In this document: positions 1 through 9,492 of the stretch, piece after piece
Layout of the letters: the number at the start of each line of letters is the position of its first letter
Numbering within the stretch: the stretch's first letter is position 1
DNA from: Candidatus Hermodarchaeota archaeon
GTDB taxonomy: Archaea > Asgardarchaeota > Hermodarchaeia > Hermodarchaeales > Hermodarchaeaceae
Assembly: GCA_016839365.1 (NCBI GenBank)
Contig: JAEOUH010000022.1
Location: forward strand, 1-54,340
Reading direction: 5' to 3'
DNA length: 54,340 nucleotides
Notes under the pieces: model-generated
What the model was told of the DNA's origin: nothing
The model's database searches: none
Seen by the model: only the letters and a program-made list of their open reading frames with translations
Translations under genes and position numbers: made by a program

Positions 1-139
1 AAATGGTGATGACGTGTATAAGAAGGAATTTCGGGCTAATTGGTATCCTATGGTTGGTATTATCAGATTCATTGTAAGATACCTTAGGAGCAGGATAGGA
101 ATAGATCTTTACGGAGTCAAAAAGACATCAAAAGAATAA
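1..139 (+). pseudogene. Degenerate, frameshifted duplicate of the 5' end of the downstream methyltransferase gene
   Basis: Reads KW/(+1 nt)DDVYKKEFRANWYPMVGIIRFIVRYLRSRIGIDLYGVKKTSKE* against KWNEIYKKELRGIWYPMLGVIRFTARYLKRKIGIDLYETKKESKR of ORF 159..908; stop at 137-139. Confidence 0.8.
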
Positions 140-158
140 CATATTGAGATGATTCAAA

Positions 159-908
159 ATGAAAAAGTGGAATGAAATATACAAGAAAGAGCTTCGGGGA
201 ATTTGGTATCCCATGTTAGGAGTAATTAGATTCACGGCGAGATATTTGAAGAGAAAAATTGGAATAGATCTCTATGAAACAAAGAAAGAATCTAAGAGAA
301 TCATTGACTTAGGATGTGGGAATGGAAATCATGTTGTTTTCTTTGCAGAACAAGGTTTTGATGTTAGTGGTTTAGACCTGTCTGAAGAAGCAATAGAAAT
401 TGCAGAGGCATGGTTGAATAAGAGAAATCTGAAAGCGGATTTGAGAGTTGGAGATATAGAAAAATTACCTTACCCAGACCAGTCTTTTGATGTTGTCACA
501 TCACATGGTGTTCTTGATCATATTCCCTTTGAAAAGGCTAAAAAAGCCATGGAAGAAATTAAGAGGATTCTTGTACCTGAAGGATATGTTTGCATATCGT
601 TGAGGTCAACAGAGGATTGTGAATTTGGAAGAGGAAAGAAAGTAGCCCAAAATACATTTGTTTTAGAAGAAGGATATGAGAAAGGAGTAATACAACATTA
701 CTTTGATTTCCAGGAGATAAAAGAACTCTTCAAGGATTTCAAAATTTTTGATTTAGAATTACACGAGGAAAAATTCCCAAGCATTTTTACTGTTGATAAA
801 TCCTTTATTCAGAGCTCTGGAAAGACCAAAGAATACATTGATGTATTCAAACCAGTTGAACTTAAACTAAAGTATTCCAGATGGTGGATATCAGCTGAGA
901 AGGTGTGA
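159..908 (+). CDS. Class I SAM-dependent methyltransferase
   Basis: Motif I IIDLGCGNG, GLDLSEEA, GDIEKLPYPDQSFDVV. Confidence 0.9.
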   Translation: MKKWNEIYKKELRGIWYPMLGVIRFTARYLKRKIGIDLYETKKESKRIIDLGCGNGNHVVFFAEQGFDVSGLDLSEEAIEIAEAWLNKRNLKADLRVGDIEKLPYPDQSFDVVTSHGVLDHIPFEKAKKAMEEIKRILVPEGYVCISLRSTEDCEFGRGKKVAQNTFVLEEGYEKGVIQHYFDFQEIKELFKDFKIFDLELHEEKFPSIFTVDKSFIQSSGKTKEYIDVFKPVELKLKYSRWWISAEKV

Positions 909-951
909 GCAGGAACTACTCGTTAACACTAGCTGGGAAGGGATTTAAAAG

Positions 952-1620
952 ATGAAGAATGTTATCGTCGTTTCAGCCCATCCAGATGATGAAACATATG
1001 CTGTAGGAGGAACAATTGCCAAACTAACCTCGAATGGAGTTAATATTGAATTAGTGATCTATACGAAAGCATTTCCTCCCGAGTGGGACGAAAAGGAGAT
1101 AGAAATACGAAAAAACGAGGCTCTAGCCGCTGCAAAAGTCCTTGGGATCAGTGAAGTTCATTTTCTTGGATATCTAACAACCAAATTGGATATAACGCCT
1201 CTCAGAGACTTGATTAATGATTTGGATTCGATTCTTAAAACGAGGAAGGCTGATACGCTTTTTTTGCCATTTGCTGGTGATATGCATCAAGACCATAGAC
1301 GTTTATTTGAAGTGGGAGTAAGTGTTGCCAAACCTACCCCAGATCAAGCCCTGAAAAGAGTATTTACTTATGAGACATTATCATCAACCGAATTTGGGAG
1401 CCCTTTTTTCGAGAAGCCATTTATTCCTAATTACTATGTAAATATTAGGGATTATTTGGATGACAAAATCAAAGCAGTCTCCTGTTACAAATTAGAATTA
1501 AGGGAATATCCTCATCCTCGCTCAATCGAAGGGGTAAAAATCAAAGCAAAAGCACGAGGGATGGAGGTAGGACTTGAAGTTGCTGAAGCCTTCAAGATAT
1601 TGAGGTGGGTAGTCGATTGA
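952..1620 (+). CDS. PIG-L/LmbE family N-acetylsugar deacetylase
   Basis: SAHPDDE and HQDH metal-binding motifs. Confidence 0.9.
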   Translation: MKNVIVVSAHPDDETYAVGGTIAKLTSNGVNIELVIYTKAFPPEWDEKEIEIRKNEALAAAKVLGISEVHFLGYLTTKLDITPLRDLINDLDSILKTRKADTLFLPFAGDMHQDHRRLFEVGVSVAKPTPDQALKRVFTYETLSSTEFGSPFFEKPFIPNYYVNIRDYLDDKIKAVSCYKLELREYPHPRSIEGVKIKAKARGMEVGLEVAEAFKILRWVVD

Positions 1621-1704
1621 AAGGACTACGCTGCAACAGGATCAATAGCAGAGAAAGGAATGGCCAAGATAGTGTTTAGAATAATGAGATGGAAGGTATT
1701 TTCC

Positions 1705-2127
1705 ATGTCAAAAGATCGTTTCAAAGATTGGGAATATCCTGAATTCGATGAGAGGGGTCTTACTAAGTGGAATTGGATGTGTCAATATCCCGAGAACCTT
1801 GAACTTGGAAAAAATACTGACATAGGTGCTTTTACCTACATCAATGCGAGATTCACGGTACAGATTGGAGAAGGGGCAGAAGTGGGATCTCATTGCTCCA
1901 TCTATTCGCATTCAACAATTGACGATAAGAGAGGCAAGGTTGTCATAGAACGAAATGTGAAAATCGGAACTCACTCAGTGGTTATGCCGGGTGTTACTAT
2001 AGGAGAAAACACCATCGTTGGTGCGTTCAGTTATGTGACCGAAAGTCTGCCTAGGAATGTGATCGCCTTTGGTATTCCTGCAAAGGTAATTAGACACCTA
2101 GATGAATCAGAGAACAAGGGGGTGTGA
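1705..2127 (+). CDS. Hexapeptide-repeat (left-handed beta-helix) acyltransferase
   Basis: IGTHSVVMPGVTIGENTIVGAFSYV...GIPAKVI; start probably MSKDRF at 1705 (track starts 1660). Confidence 0.88.
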   Translation: MSKDRFKDWEYPEFDERGLTKWNWMCQYPENLELGKNTDIGAFTYINARFTVQIGEGAEVGSHCSIYSHSTIDDKRGKVVIERNVKIGTHSVVMPGVTIGENTIVGAFSYVTESLPRNVIAFGIPAKVIRHLDESENKGV

Positions 2128-2133
2128 AGCGTT

Positions 2134-3258
2134 ATGGAGATTCCACTTTTTAAGATACATTGGAGTGAGGAGGATATCAAACGAGTTGAAAAGGTAATTC
2201 GATCAGGCAAGCATTGGTGTATTGGTCCTGAGATTGAAGAGTTCGAAGAAAAAATTGCGCGTTATTTGGGCTTGAAAGAATGTGTTGTTCTTAATTCAGG
2301 AGGAGCGGCATTATTAGCGCTTATGGAATCATATGGTTTCTCGAAGGGTGATGAAGTCATCATCCCCTCTTTCACATTTATTGCTACAGCGTATGCTCCT
2401 CTATACGTTGGAGCCAAGCCAGTTTTTGCTGATGTGGAGGAATTGACCTATGGGTTAGATGTATCAGATGTAAAGCAAAGAATCACGGCTAATACGAAAG
2501 CGATTATACCGATTCATTATGGTGGAATGCCGTGTGAAATTGATGCCCTTCAAGAATTAGCAACGGATAATGATCTAATTCTAATCGAAGATGCAGCTGA
2601 ATCATTTGGAGCAAAGCTTGGAACGAGGTTTACAGGAACATTTGGTGATTCAACAATATTCAGTTTTTGCCAGAATAAGGTGTTTACGACAAGTGAAGGC
2701 GGCGCTGTTGTTACCGATAATGGTGACCTAGCGAATAAAATCAAGTTATTCAGGTCTTATGGTCGAGTTATTAGTGGAGATTATTTTTCGGGGAATGGGG
2801 AGCTGGATTACGTGGAGACGGGGTACAATCTTCGAATGTCTACGATTCTTGCAGCCCTGGGTGCCTCTCAGATGGATAGAGTGGGAGAGTTGATTTCAAT
2901 GCGAAGGAAAAACGCGCACTATCTGAACCAACGACTAAGCGAGATTGAAGGAGTCATTCCCCCGACTCCTCCAAGCGAGGAGTACTATTCTGTGTATCAG
3001 ATGTATACAATTAGAATCAAGGAGGGAAAGAAGAAACGAGACAAACTAATTCAACATCTAAAGAGGAGGGGGATAAGTTCTAAGGTTTATTTCGAACCAG
3101 CACACAAGTATTCAGTACTAGAGAAGCTTGGTTTGGGAGATATCAGGTTACCTGTAACCGAGCGTCTTACATCCGAAGTCTTAACTTTGCCAATGTATCC
3201 TCATATGACTCAAGAGGAGCTTGATTATGTTTCAGAGGCAGTAAGCGAATTCTTTTGA
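2134..3258 (+). CDS. DegT/DnrJ/EryC1/StrS family PLP-dependent sugar aminotransferase
   Basis: PSFTFIAT, IEDAAESFG, SFCQNK (PLP lysine), EGGAVVT, LTLPMYP. Confidence 0.93.
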   Translation: MEIPLFKIHWSEEDIKRVEKVIRSGKHWCIGPEIEEFEEKIARYLGLKECVVLNSGGAALLALMESYGFSKGDEVIIPSFTFIATAYAPLYVGAKPVFADVEELTYGLDVSDVKQRITANTKAIIPIHYGGMPCEIDALQELATDNDLILIEDAAESFGAKLGTRFTGTFGDSTIFSFCQNKVFTTSEGGAVVTDNGDLANKIKLFRSYGRVISGDYFSGNGELDYVETGYNLRMSTILAALGASQMDRVGELISMRRKNAHYLNQRLSEIEGVIPPTPPSEEYYSVYQMYTIRIKEGKKKRDKLIQHLKRRGISSKVYFEPAHKYSVLEKLGLGDIRLPVTERLTSEVLTLPMYPHMTQEELDYVSEAVSEFF

Positions 3259-3354
3259 GTTAGACTGTTCAAGATTGAAAACAAGATGATTTTAGTTAGT
3301 TGATGACTAAGCTTTTGTGATTATAGTGTAGAGTTTCTGTGAGGAAGTTGGTCC

Positions 3355-6300
3355 GTGTCCGCTGAACCTGATGCTAATTCGCTGTTTAAAGTTGGTCGAG
3401 AGTACTATTCGAAGAGGGCCTTCAAGGAAGCCCTGAAAGTTTGGAAAGCAGCTCTTGAGCAATACCAGAAAGAGGGGAAAAATCGGGAAAGTGGTATCGT
3501 AGGTGCAGAGATTGGGAAAGCCCTGTTAGCGCTAGGGCAAAAGAAGGAAGCTTTGGTAAGCTGTACGCAGGCTGTCCGTATTCTTCGTGAGCAAAATGAT
3601 CCCAAGGCTTTGCGTGCAGCGCTTATAATCATGGGTCATGTAATGGATGAGCTTGGATATATTGAGGAAGCGAATCGTGCCTTTATTCAAGCTATTGAAA
3701 TACCTGAGGGTGTTGAAGACACCCGTTCCCAAATTATTCTCTTAAAAAGGATAGGCAAAAGCCTAGCACGAGTAGGAAATTATCGCGATAGCGCCACTCG
3801 GTTTGAAGAAGCCATAAGGTTATCTTCAAAGGTGGAGGATGTCGAACTGCGTGGAGAAACTCTTGCGGACTATGCCCGAATTTTACAGTACCTTGATGAG
3901 CATGACAAGGCGGAAGAAATTCTTATCCAGCTCATTCACCTTTGGGATGCTTCGGGAAAACCAGTATTGAGTGCCTATGCAAATTTAGGTTTAGCCAGTT
4001 CTTATTTGTCAGAAGGATACATGGATAAGGCTCATGCGATAATTCAACGAGCCCAATCTGTTTTCACGAGTTCCTCTGATCAAACCGGAATGGCCCTCTG
4101 TGAATATCATCAAGCACGCCTTCTTCTTCAGAGTGGTAAGCAAGAGGAGGCATTAGCCCATGGTGAGAAGGCGTTGAAACACTTTGAAAAGGAGAAAAAC
4201 TATCTAGCTTATGCGGAAACGGCCATTGTTATTGCGCAGGTTTTAGGTCGTCTGGTTCAAGATGTAAGAGCTCTGCGGCTTTTTGATAAAGCAATCGAAT
4301 TCTTTGCCCATTTAAGAGAAGTGGCACGTGAAAAACAAACCCATGTGCTGAAAGGAAAAGCGCTACTACGAATTGGTCAGCGAAACCAAGCAGAACAGGA
4401 ATTTACCGTAGCCATCCGTTATTATCAAGAACATGGACTCAAGGACCGTGAGGCGCTAGTTTATCTTGAGGTTGGAGAGATGTTTTTCGAACTCTCCCAA
4501 TTTGCGGAAGCGTTAGCACAAACTAAATTGGCATTACACCTCCTTCAAACCTTAGATGAGGAAAAGCTCGAAATTCGTGGTTTTAGACTCTTACAAAACG
4601 CAACTACAAATATTAATCAAATCGAAGAGGAACTTCCCTCTTTCAAGGAAGGGGTCAAAAGAGCTAATGCCCAAAGAAAAACTGTACTTGCTTCCACTCT
4701 TCAATTAATTATCGCGCAACTTTCTGTGGATATTCAGTCGCCTGAGCAGTTACAAAGCGTCTTCGAAAAAGCCATTCATAATGAGCAATTACCTACTGAG
4801 TTACGGGCTGAAGCTGCTATAAGTCTTGGTTTAGCATTGATGAAAACCGCACAGTATTCAGAAGCAGCTCAATATCTCAGCCAAGCCATTAGAGATTTTG
4901 GTAAAAGCCCAGGATTCGATCAGTGTAAGACGTATCTGCAATTAGCTGAAGCATATAAAGAACTGGGTAAACCAAGCCTGCAAAAGGAGGCACTACAGGG
5001 AGCCATTGAAACTCTTGATCCCCAAGGAGATAGTAAAACCAAGGCTAAGCTATTTTATGAACTCGCACCTTTGATCGAAGGTGAGGATATTGTAAAGGCT
5101 TTGGAATATTACGAAAGAGCCAGTGAGATTTTTAGAGAGGAGGAATTTCCACAGGAATATTATCAGACCCTCCTCAAGCAGGCTATCCTTCGTAGCGAAT
5201 CCTCGGATTTTGAGTCAGCTCGCCAGACAATATCAAAGGCAATAACCTTGGGAAAGGAATTGGATATTCCCCTTGACTTTGGAACAGACAAGTTACCTCT
5301 TCCATGGGAACATGTCAACGTTGCCCTAGTAGAAGCCATTTACATTGGGGCGCAGCAGTATGCCAAACATCAAGAGCGGAATATTATCGACCATATCATT
5401 GATTGGTCAAGTCCAAAGAAAGTTGCATACATCCATCCTTTCTTAACAGATAACCTTGGCTACCAACGCTGTAGTGAGCTTTCAAAATTACTTATCGAAG
5501 AAACCAAGCTTCTAAAACGCGCAAGTGATATTCGACGAGAACTTAGGCAGCTCTTACCTAAGGGAATCCCTGAGGGAGAATATCGATCTCGCCGAAACAC
5601 CCTCCGTAGTGAATTATCTGAAATACTTGAACAGATTGAGGTAAACCGTAACGTAATTGCAGCTGCCTGCCCTGATCCGGGAAGAGGTATGATCCCTCAG
5701 GATTACAAAATGCTCCAGAAATTATCTGCTCTCATGCCTCCAGACCGTCGTTGGCTCATCATCAATTTTGATCTACTATTAGAGAAACAAAAGTTGTTTG
5801 TGACAACCTTAGACCACGTCGGCCGCCATAATTTCCACACCATTCCAATTTCTGCCGACCTGCCATCTGTAATTCAATCATTGCGGACCATGAAGACTTC
5901 AAAGGAGTTCCCTTCGATGGCTGACCTAAAGGATATAGCATCCTTTCTTTATCGAAGTTTAATCCCAACTCGCCTTGAACGAGAACTCGAGAATAATAAA
6001 TACGGCTTTCTTCAGTTTGTCACAGATGGATTTCTCAACAATGTTCCGTTTGAACTCATCTTCGATGGCAAGGAATATTGGGGGTTGAAGTATCCCATGG
6101 CTTGGGTGCCTGATTTCCAATTCTTTGAAAGCACACTCAAGACCAAAGCCTTAGCCCAAGCCAGCTCCACATCGGTCTTGTTAGGTGTCAACGTTGATCC
6201 TGAACAACAGCCTTCCCGAAGAGAATTTGCAGAAGAAATTGCGAACTCATTTCTTACAGCCGTTCCAACAAGGCAGGGAGTTTCAGAACCTGTTGTGCTT

Positions 6301-6774
6301 TTTGGTCGTGATTTTAATCGTCGTCTGCTAAAAGCAAACACCGATTCGCCTCGTTCTCTTCTCTACTTTTCAACGCCTACAACCCTTCACCCCCGAAAGG
6401 GAGAAATCGCGCTCCAACACCCTGACACCCTAAGGGTCATTGAAATTGGGGTAACGAACTATTTCACAGGCGCACCAATTCTTATCCTGGATGACTGTTT
6501 CCGACCTGAGCCAAGAGAGGATGGATTGGAACTCGCAGGATTTCTTCGTCACTTAGTGACAGCTGGAACACCTTCTATTGTCTTCACTCGATGGCGTCCC
6601 GAGGAACAGCTTCAAGCAGTATTTACCCAGGGAATCGTTCGACAACTGTTTGAAGGAGACCCCATTTCCGTTGCACTTATGCACACTCGGCGACGATTAG
6701 CTAGTCGAGGACCATCCCCTCATAGCTGGCTATGTTATAGCCTTTGTGGAAATCCTTTCCCGACCCTCTTCTAA
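3355..6774 (+). CDS. TPR-repeat protein with C-terminal CHAT (caspase/HetF) domain, catalytic His apparently lost
   Basis: About 630 aa of TPR-like helices; CHAT motifs TDGFLNNVPFELI, LVTAGTPSIVFTRW, PHSWLCYSLCG; LYFSTPT where LHFATHG is expected; LILDDC keeps the Cys. Confidence 0.8.
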   Translation: MSAEPDANSLFKVGREYYSKRAFKEALKVWKAALEQYQKEGKNRESGIVGAEIGKALLALGQKKEALVSCTQAVRILREQNDPKALRAALIIMGHVMDELGYIEEANRAFIQAIEIPEGVEDTRSQIILLKRIGKSLARVGNYRDSATRFEEAIRLSSKVEDVELRGETLADYARILQYLDEHDKAEEILIQLIHLWDASGKPVLSAYANLGLASSYLSEGYMDKAHAIIQRAQSVFTSSSDQTGMALCEYHQARLLLQSGKQEEALAHGEKALKHFEKEKNYLAYAETAIVIAQVLGRLVQDVRALRLFDKAIEFFAHLREVAREKQTHVLKGKALLRIGQRNQAEQEFTVAIRYYQEHGLKDREALVYLEVGEMFFELSQFAEALAQTKLALHLLQTLDEEKLEIRGFRLLQNATTNINQIEEELPSFKEGVKRANAQRKTVLASTLQLIIAQLSVDIQSPEQLQSVFEKAIHNEQLPTELRAEAAISLGLALMKTAQYSEAAQYLSQAIRDFGKSPGFDQCKTYLQLAEAYKELGKPSLQKEALQGAIETLDPQGDSKTKAKLFYELAPLIEGEDIVKALEYYERASEIFREEEFPQEYYQTLLKQAILRSESSDFESARQTISKAITLGKELDIPLDFGTDKLPLPWEHVNVALVEAIYIGAQQYAKHQERNIIDHIIDWSSPKKVAYIHPFLTDNLGYQRCSELSKLLIEETKLLKRASDIRRELRQLLPKGIPEGEYRSRRNTLRSELSEILEQIEVNRNVIAAACPDPGRGMIPQDYKMLQKLSALMPPDRRWLIINFDLLLEKQKLFVTTLDHVGRHNFHTIPISADLPSVIQSLRTMKTSKEFPSMADLKDIASFLYRSLIPTRLERELENNKYGFLQFVTDGFLNNVPFELIFDGKEYWGLKYPMAWVPDFQFFESTLKTKALAQASSTSVLLGVNVDPEQQPSRREFAEEIANSFLTAVPTRQGVSEPVVLFGRDFNRRLLKANTDSPRSLLYFSTPTTLHPRKGEIALQHPDTLRVIEIGVTNYFTGAPILILDDCFRPEPREDGLELAGFLRHLVTAGTPSIVFTRWRPEEQLQAVFTQGIVRQLFEGDPISVALMHTRRRLASRGPSPHSWLCYSLCGNPFPTLF

Positions 6775-6787
6775 CTAGCCTAACTAA

Positions 6788-7612
6788 TCATATGAAAAAA
6801 GCATCAAGTAGAATGATAAGACAATCATAGGTAGCATGTGCAGCTATTGGTCCAGCCAACCGTCGACCACGCCACAGGAAAAGTAAACCCAGAAAAATGC
6901 CACCAATGGTGTGAATAACGCCAATTAGTGGATTCATATGCGCAAAACCGAAAATGATTGAGGAAACAATTAGCCCACCGATTCGTCCATAATGGACATC
7001 TAACGAATTTTGGATAAATCCGCGGAAAAAGAACTCTTCCGCAGGCGCAATGACCAGAATCACTGAAAGGCATAGCACGCCAACCCAAAATAGGTCAGTA
7101 GGAGTAGGTATGGAAGGAGGTGGTCCTCCAGGAGCTAAAAGCTCAAAGAGATCTAGTGCAAGGATAACTGGTACAATTACAGCCCCAACTACAATACCTA
7201 AGAACAAATCCTTCGCTAGTGTCAGACCTCCACCTGTAGTTACTCCCAGTTTTTCTGGCTTTACCTTGAGACTGGTAACGTAGGCCCAGGGTATTAAGAT
7301 GAAGACGAGTTCGGTAAGGATTAGTAAAATCATGAAGGCTGGGTCAAAAGCAATGATAGTGATTGCAAGGAGCGGAATTCCCCAGAAGAAGATGTAGTAG
7401 AACATGATTGCTATCGTAAGGAGGAGGAACACGCCATAGGTAATGCTGGTAATGATGTAGGTAGATATCGGTGTCCAAGGCCATAGTGGAGCTTGGATTT
7501 CCTTGATCGACCAGACAATTTCGGCGCCGCATATTTCACAATACTTGGTCGGTGAGGTAATAGGGGTTGTGCAGTATGGACAGAAGCGTGTGGGATACTG
7601 CTTCTCATTCAT
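6788..7612 (-). CDS. Zinc-ribbon + CPBP (Abi/Rce1-type) intramembrane glutamic endopeptidase
   Basis: N-terminal CPYC..CEIC; EEFFFRG, FGFAH and HATYD motifs; several TM helices. Confidence 0.88.
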   Translation of the reverse strand: MNEKQYPTRFCPYCTTPITSPTKYCEICGAEIVWSIKEIQAPLWPWTPISTYIITSITYGVFLLLTIAIMFYYIFFWGIPLLAITIIAFDPAFMILLILTELVFILIPWAYVTSLKVKPEKLGVTTGGGLTLAKDLFLGIVVGAVIVPVILALDLFELLAPGGPPPSIPTPTDLFWVGVLCLSVILVIAPAEEFFFRGFIQNSLDVHYGRIGGLIVSSIIFGFAHMNPLIGVIHTIGGIFLGLLFLWRGRRLAGPIAAHATYDCLIILLDAFFI

Positions 7613-8297
7613 TCATACTCCCTCCTTTGTATTGTGGATCCATGAGTTCATGGCAATTAGGACAGGTCCACTCGAGTTGTGGGGGAGAGATTCCTGGTTC
7701 CGAGGAAGCGATGATAGTTTCTAATCGTTTTGTTCGACATGATCCCCAACGATGCATTGAGGTTTTACAGTGGTTACATTCGATGTAAGCCCCCCATCGG
7801 ATTTGCTTGCCACAAACAACGCACCATCGCCTACTAGGAGAAATTGCCAATGCAGTTGCTATAGCAAAAATTCCTGGCGGAAGTGATATTATCCCAACTA
7901 TAACAAGTCCTACTCTAATTACAACAAGGCTCTTTTGTTGACGAAGAAAGAAGGCACACAGAACCAAGATAACAATTGTTAAACTCTGTATCGTAGCAAT
8001 CAGTTGGGGTACTCCATAGTAAAAAGAGGAGGCGAAAATGAGAAAAGCGACAGCGAAGACCGCCGAAAATATAATCTGAGCGCCGATTAAAACATAGGCT
8101 AGTCTGGATATGTAAATTGGTTGAGTAGGTGGCACCTCCGACTTCTGAGGCGAAACGAGAAGGCTCAGTTCAAATCCACAGGCTGGACAATGTGTAACCG
8201 ATTCTGTGGGCAAATCGAGTAGCGATTCACCACATAGAGGACAGCATTTAAGTGTCGTTTTTTGTAAATCCGCTTTGGACTGCGTTAGATCCCCCAT
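7605..8297 (-). CDS. Membrane protein flanked by zinc-ribbon/Cys-rich domains
   Basis: CPLC..CPAC at N-terminus, 3 TM segments, CVVC..CNHC..CPNC at C-terminus; likely start MGDLT at 8297; overlaps the CPBP start by 8 nt. Confidence 0.75.
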   Translation of the reverse strand: MGDLTQSKADLQKTTLKCCPLCGESLLDLPTESVTHCPACGFELSLLVSPQKSEVPPTQPIYISRLAYVLIGAQIIFSAVFAVAFLIFASSFYYGVPQLIATIQSLTIVILVLCAFFLRQQKSLVVIRVGLVIVGIISLPPGIFAIATALAISPSRRWCVVCGKQIRWGAYIECNHCKTSMHRWGSCRTKRLETIIASSEPGISPPQLEWTCPNCHELMDPQYKGGSMNE

Positions 8298-8429
8298 ACT
8301 CCCCCATTTTATCTTGACCTCAGGAAAAGGCTTTGGGTTATCCACTAACGGTGTTGGAGTAAAAATCCATCGTAACCCGACAGCTTATAGGGGTGAGAAA
8401 AATATGCTTGTGCAAGGTGGATTCTGGCT

Positions 8430-8930
8430 ATGGTTGTTATTGATCGTGAGACACTATTGCAGTTAATTGCTGAAAAGCAGCTTGTCACGAATATGATTGA
8501 TCCAGAGATTCAGGTTTCTCCTAACGGAGTCGAATTAACACTTCATGAAATCTTCAAGTTTAGAGGACCAGGGATCATTGATTTCTCGAATAGAGACCGC
8601 CAAATCCCAGAATATGAGAAGCTAGAGTTGAGGGGAGAAAAGTATGAAGTTGACCCGGGAACCTATATCGTCACCTACAATGAAACAGTGTCCATTCCAA
8701 CTGATATGATTGCAATTGGCCGACCACGCTCATCATTACTTCGCTCTGGTGTTACTGTTGAATCGGCAGTCTGGGATGCTGGTTATGAGGGTCGATCTCG
8801 GGGGCTAATGACCGTGTATAATCCACATGGCTTTACTCTGAAACCGAATGCGCGGTTATTACATCTTGTTTTTTTCAAATTGCACCAAGAAACCCAATCC
8901 TATGCTGGGGTGTATCAAGGAGAGAGCTAG
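8430..8930 (+). CDS. dut: Archaeal dUTPase (dCTP deaminase/dUTPase fold)
   Basis: PNGVELTL, RPRSSLLRSG, AVWDAGYEG, C-terminal YAGVYQGE. Confidence 0.85.
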   Translation: MVVIDRETLLQLIAEKQLVTNMIDPEIQVSPNGVELTLHEIFKFRGPGIIDFSNRDRQIPEYEKLELRGEKYEVDPGTYIVTYNETVSIPTDMIAIGRPRSSLLRSGVTVESAVWDAGYEGRSRGLMTVYNPHGFTLKPNARLLHLVFFKLHQETQSYAGVYQGES

Positions 8931-9473
8931 GTGCCACTGCTAAAAGCCAATGTTCTGGTTACAGGACTCCCTGGATGTGGAAAAAGCACCCTCGTCAACC
9001 GTCTTGTTGAAAAGGCTCGGACCAAAGGGATCATAGTCGGGGGAATCAGTACCCCTGAATTTCGACTATCTACAGGAAGGCGGGGAGGCTTTCTGATTCA
9101 AGATATAGCCACCGGGGAGAAGCAAATTATGGCTTCTGTGGACCGGTCTAGCCCTGTTTCGGTTGGTCGCTATGGCGTGAACCTTCAAGCGATACAGGAA
9201 GTGGGAGTAAAAGCAATCAATTCTGCAATTACAGAGGCGGATTTGGTTGTCGTTGATGAGATAGGGAAAATGGAACTAGCTGTTTCTGAATTCAAAACAA
9301 GCGTTGCGGGGGCGTTGAACTCCACGAAACCGGTTCTGGGGACAGTAGGGATGCGACTGAAAACCGCCTTTGTTACCGAGATCAAGAACCGGTCAGATGT
9401 TACTTTATTTGTCTTAACTCCCGAAACTCGTTCCCAAGTCTATCAAAACGTTGTGAACTTGATTGGATTATAA
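8931..9473 (+). CDS. Nucleoside triphosphatase, THEP1/NTPCR family
   Basis: Walker A GLPGCGKST, Walker B VVVDEIGKMEL; starts immediately after the dut stop. Confidence 0.9.
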   Translation: MPLLKANVLVTGLPGCGKSTLVNRLVEKARTKGIIVGGISTPEFRLSTGRRGGFLIQDIATGEKQIMASVDRSSPVSVGRYGVNLQAIQEVGVKAINSAITEADLVVVDEIGKMELAVSEFKTSVAGALNSTKPVLGTVGMRLKTAFVTEIKNRSDVTLFVLTPETRSQVYQNVVNLIGL

Positions 9474-9492
9474 AGAATGAGAGGGACCAAAG

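Noticed and set aside
3355-7612. TPR-CHAT + Abi/CPBP as an antiviral system
   Set aside because: Convergent orientation, missing CHAT His, housekeeping context and no effector or Cas genes.
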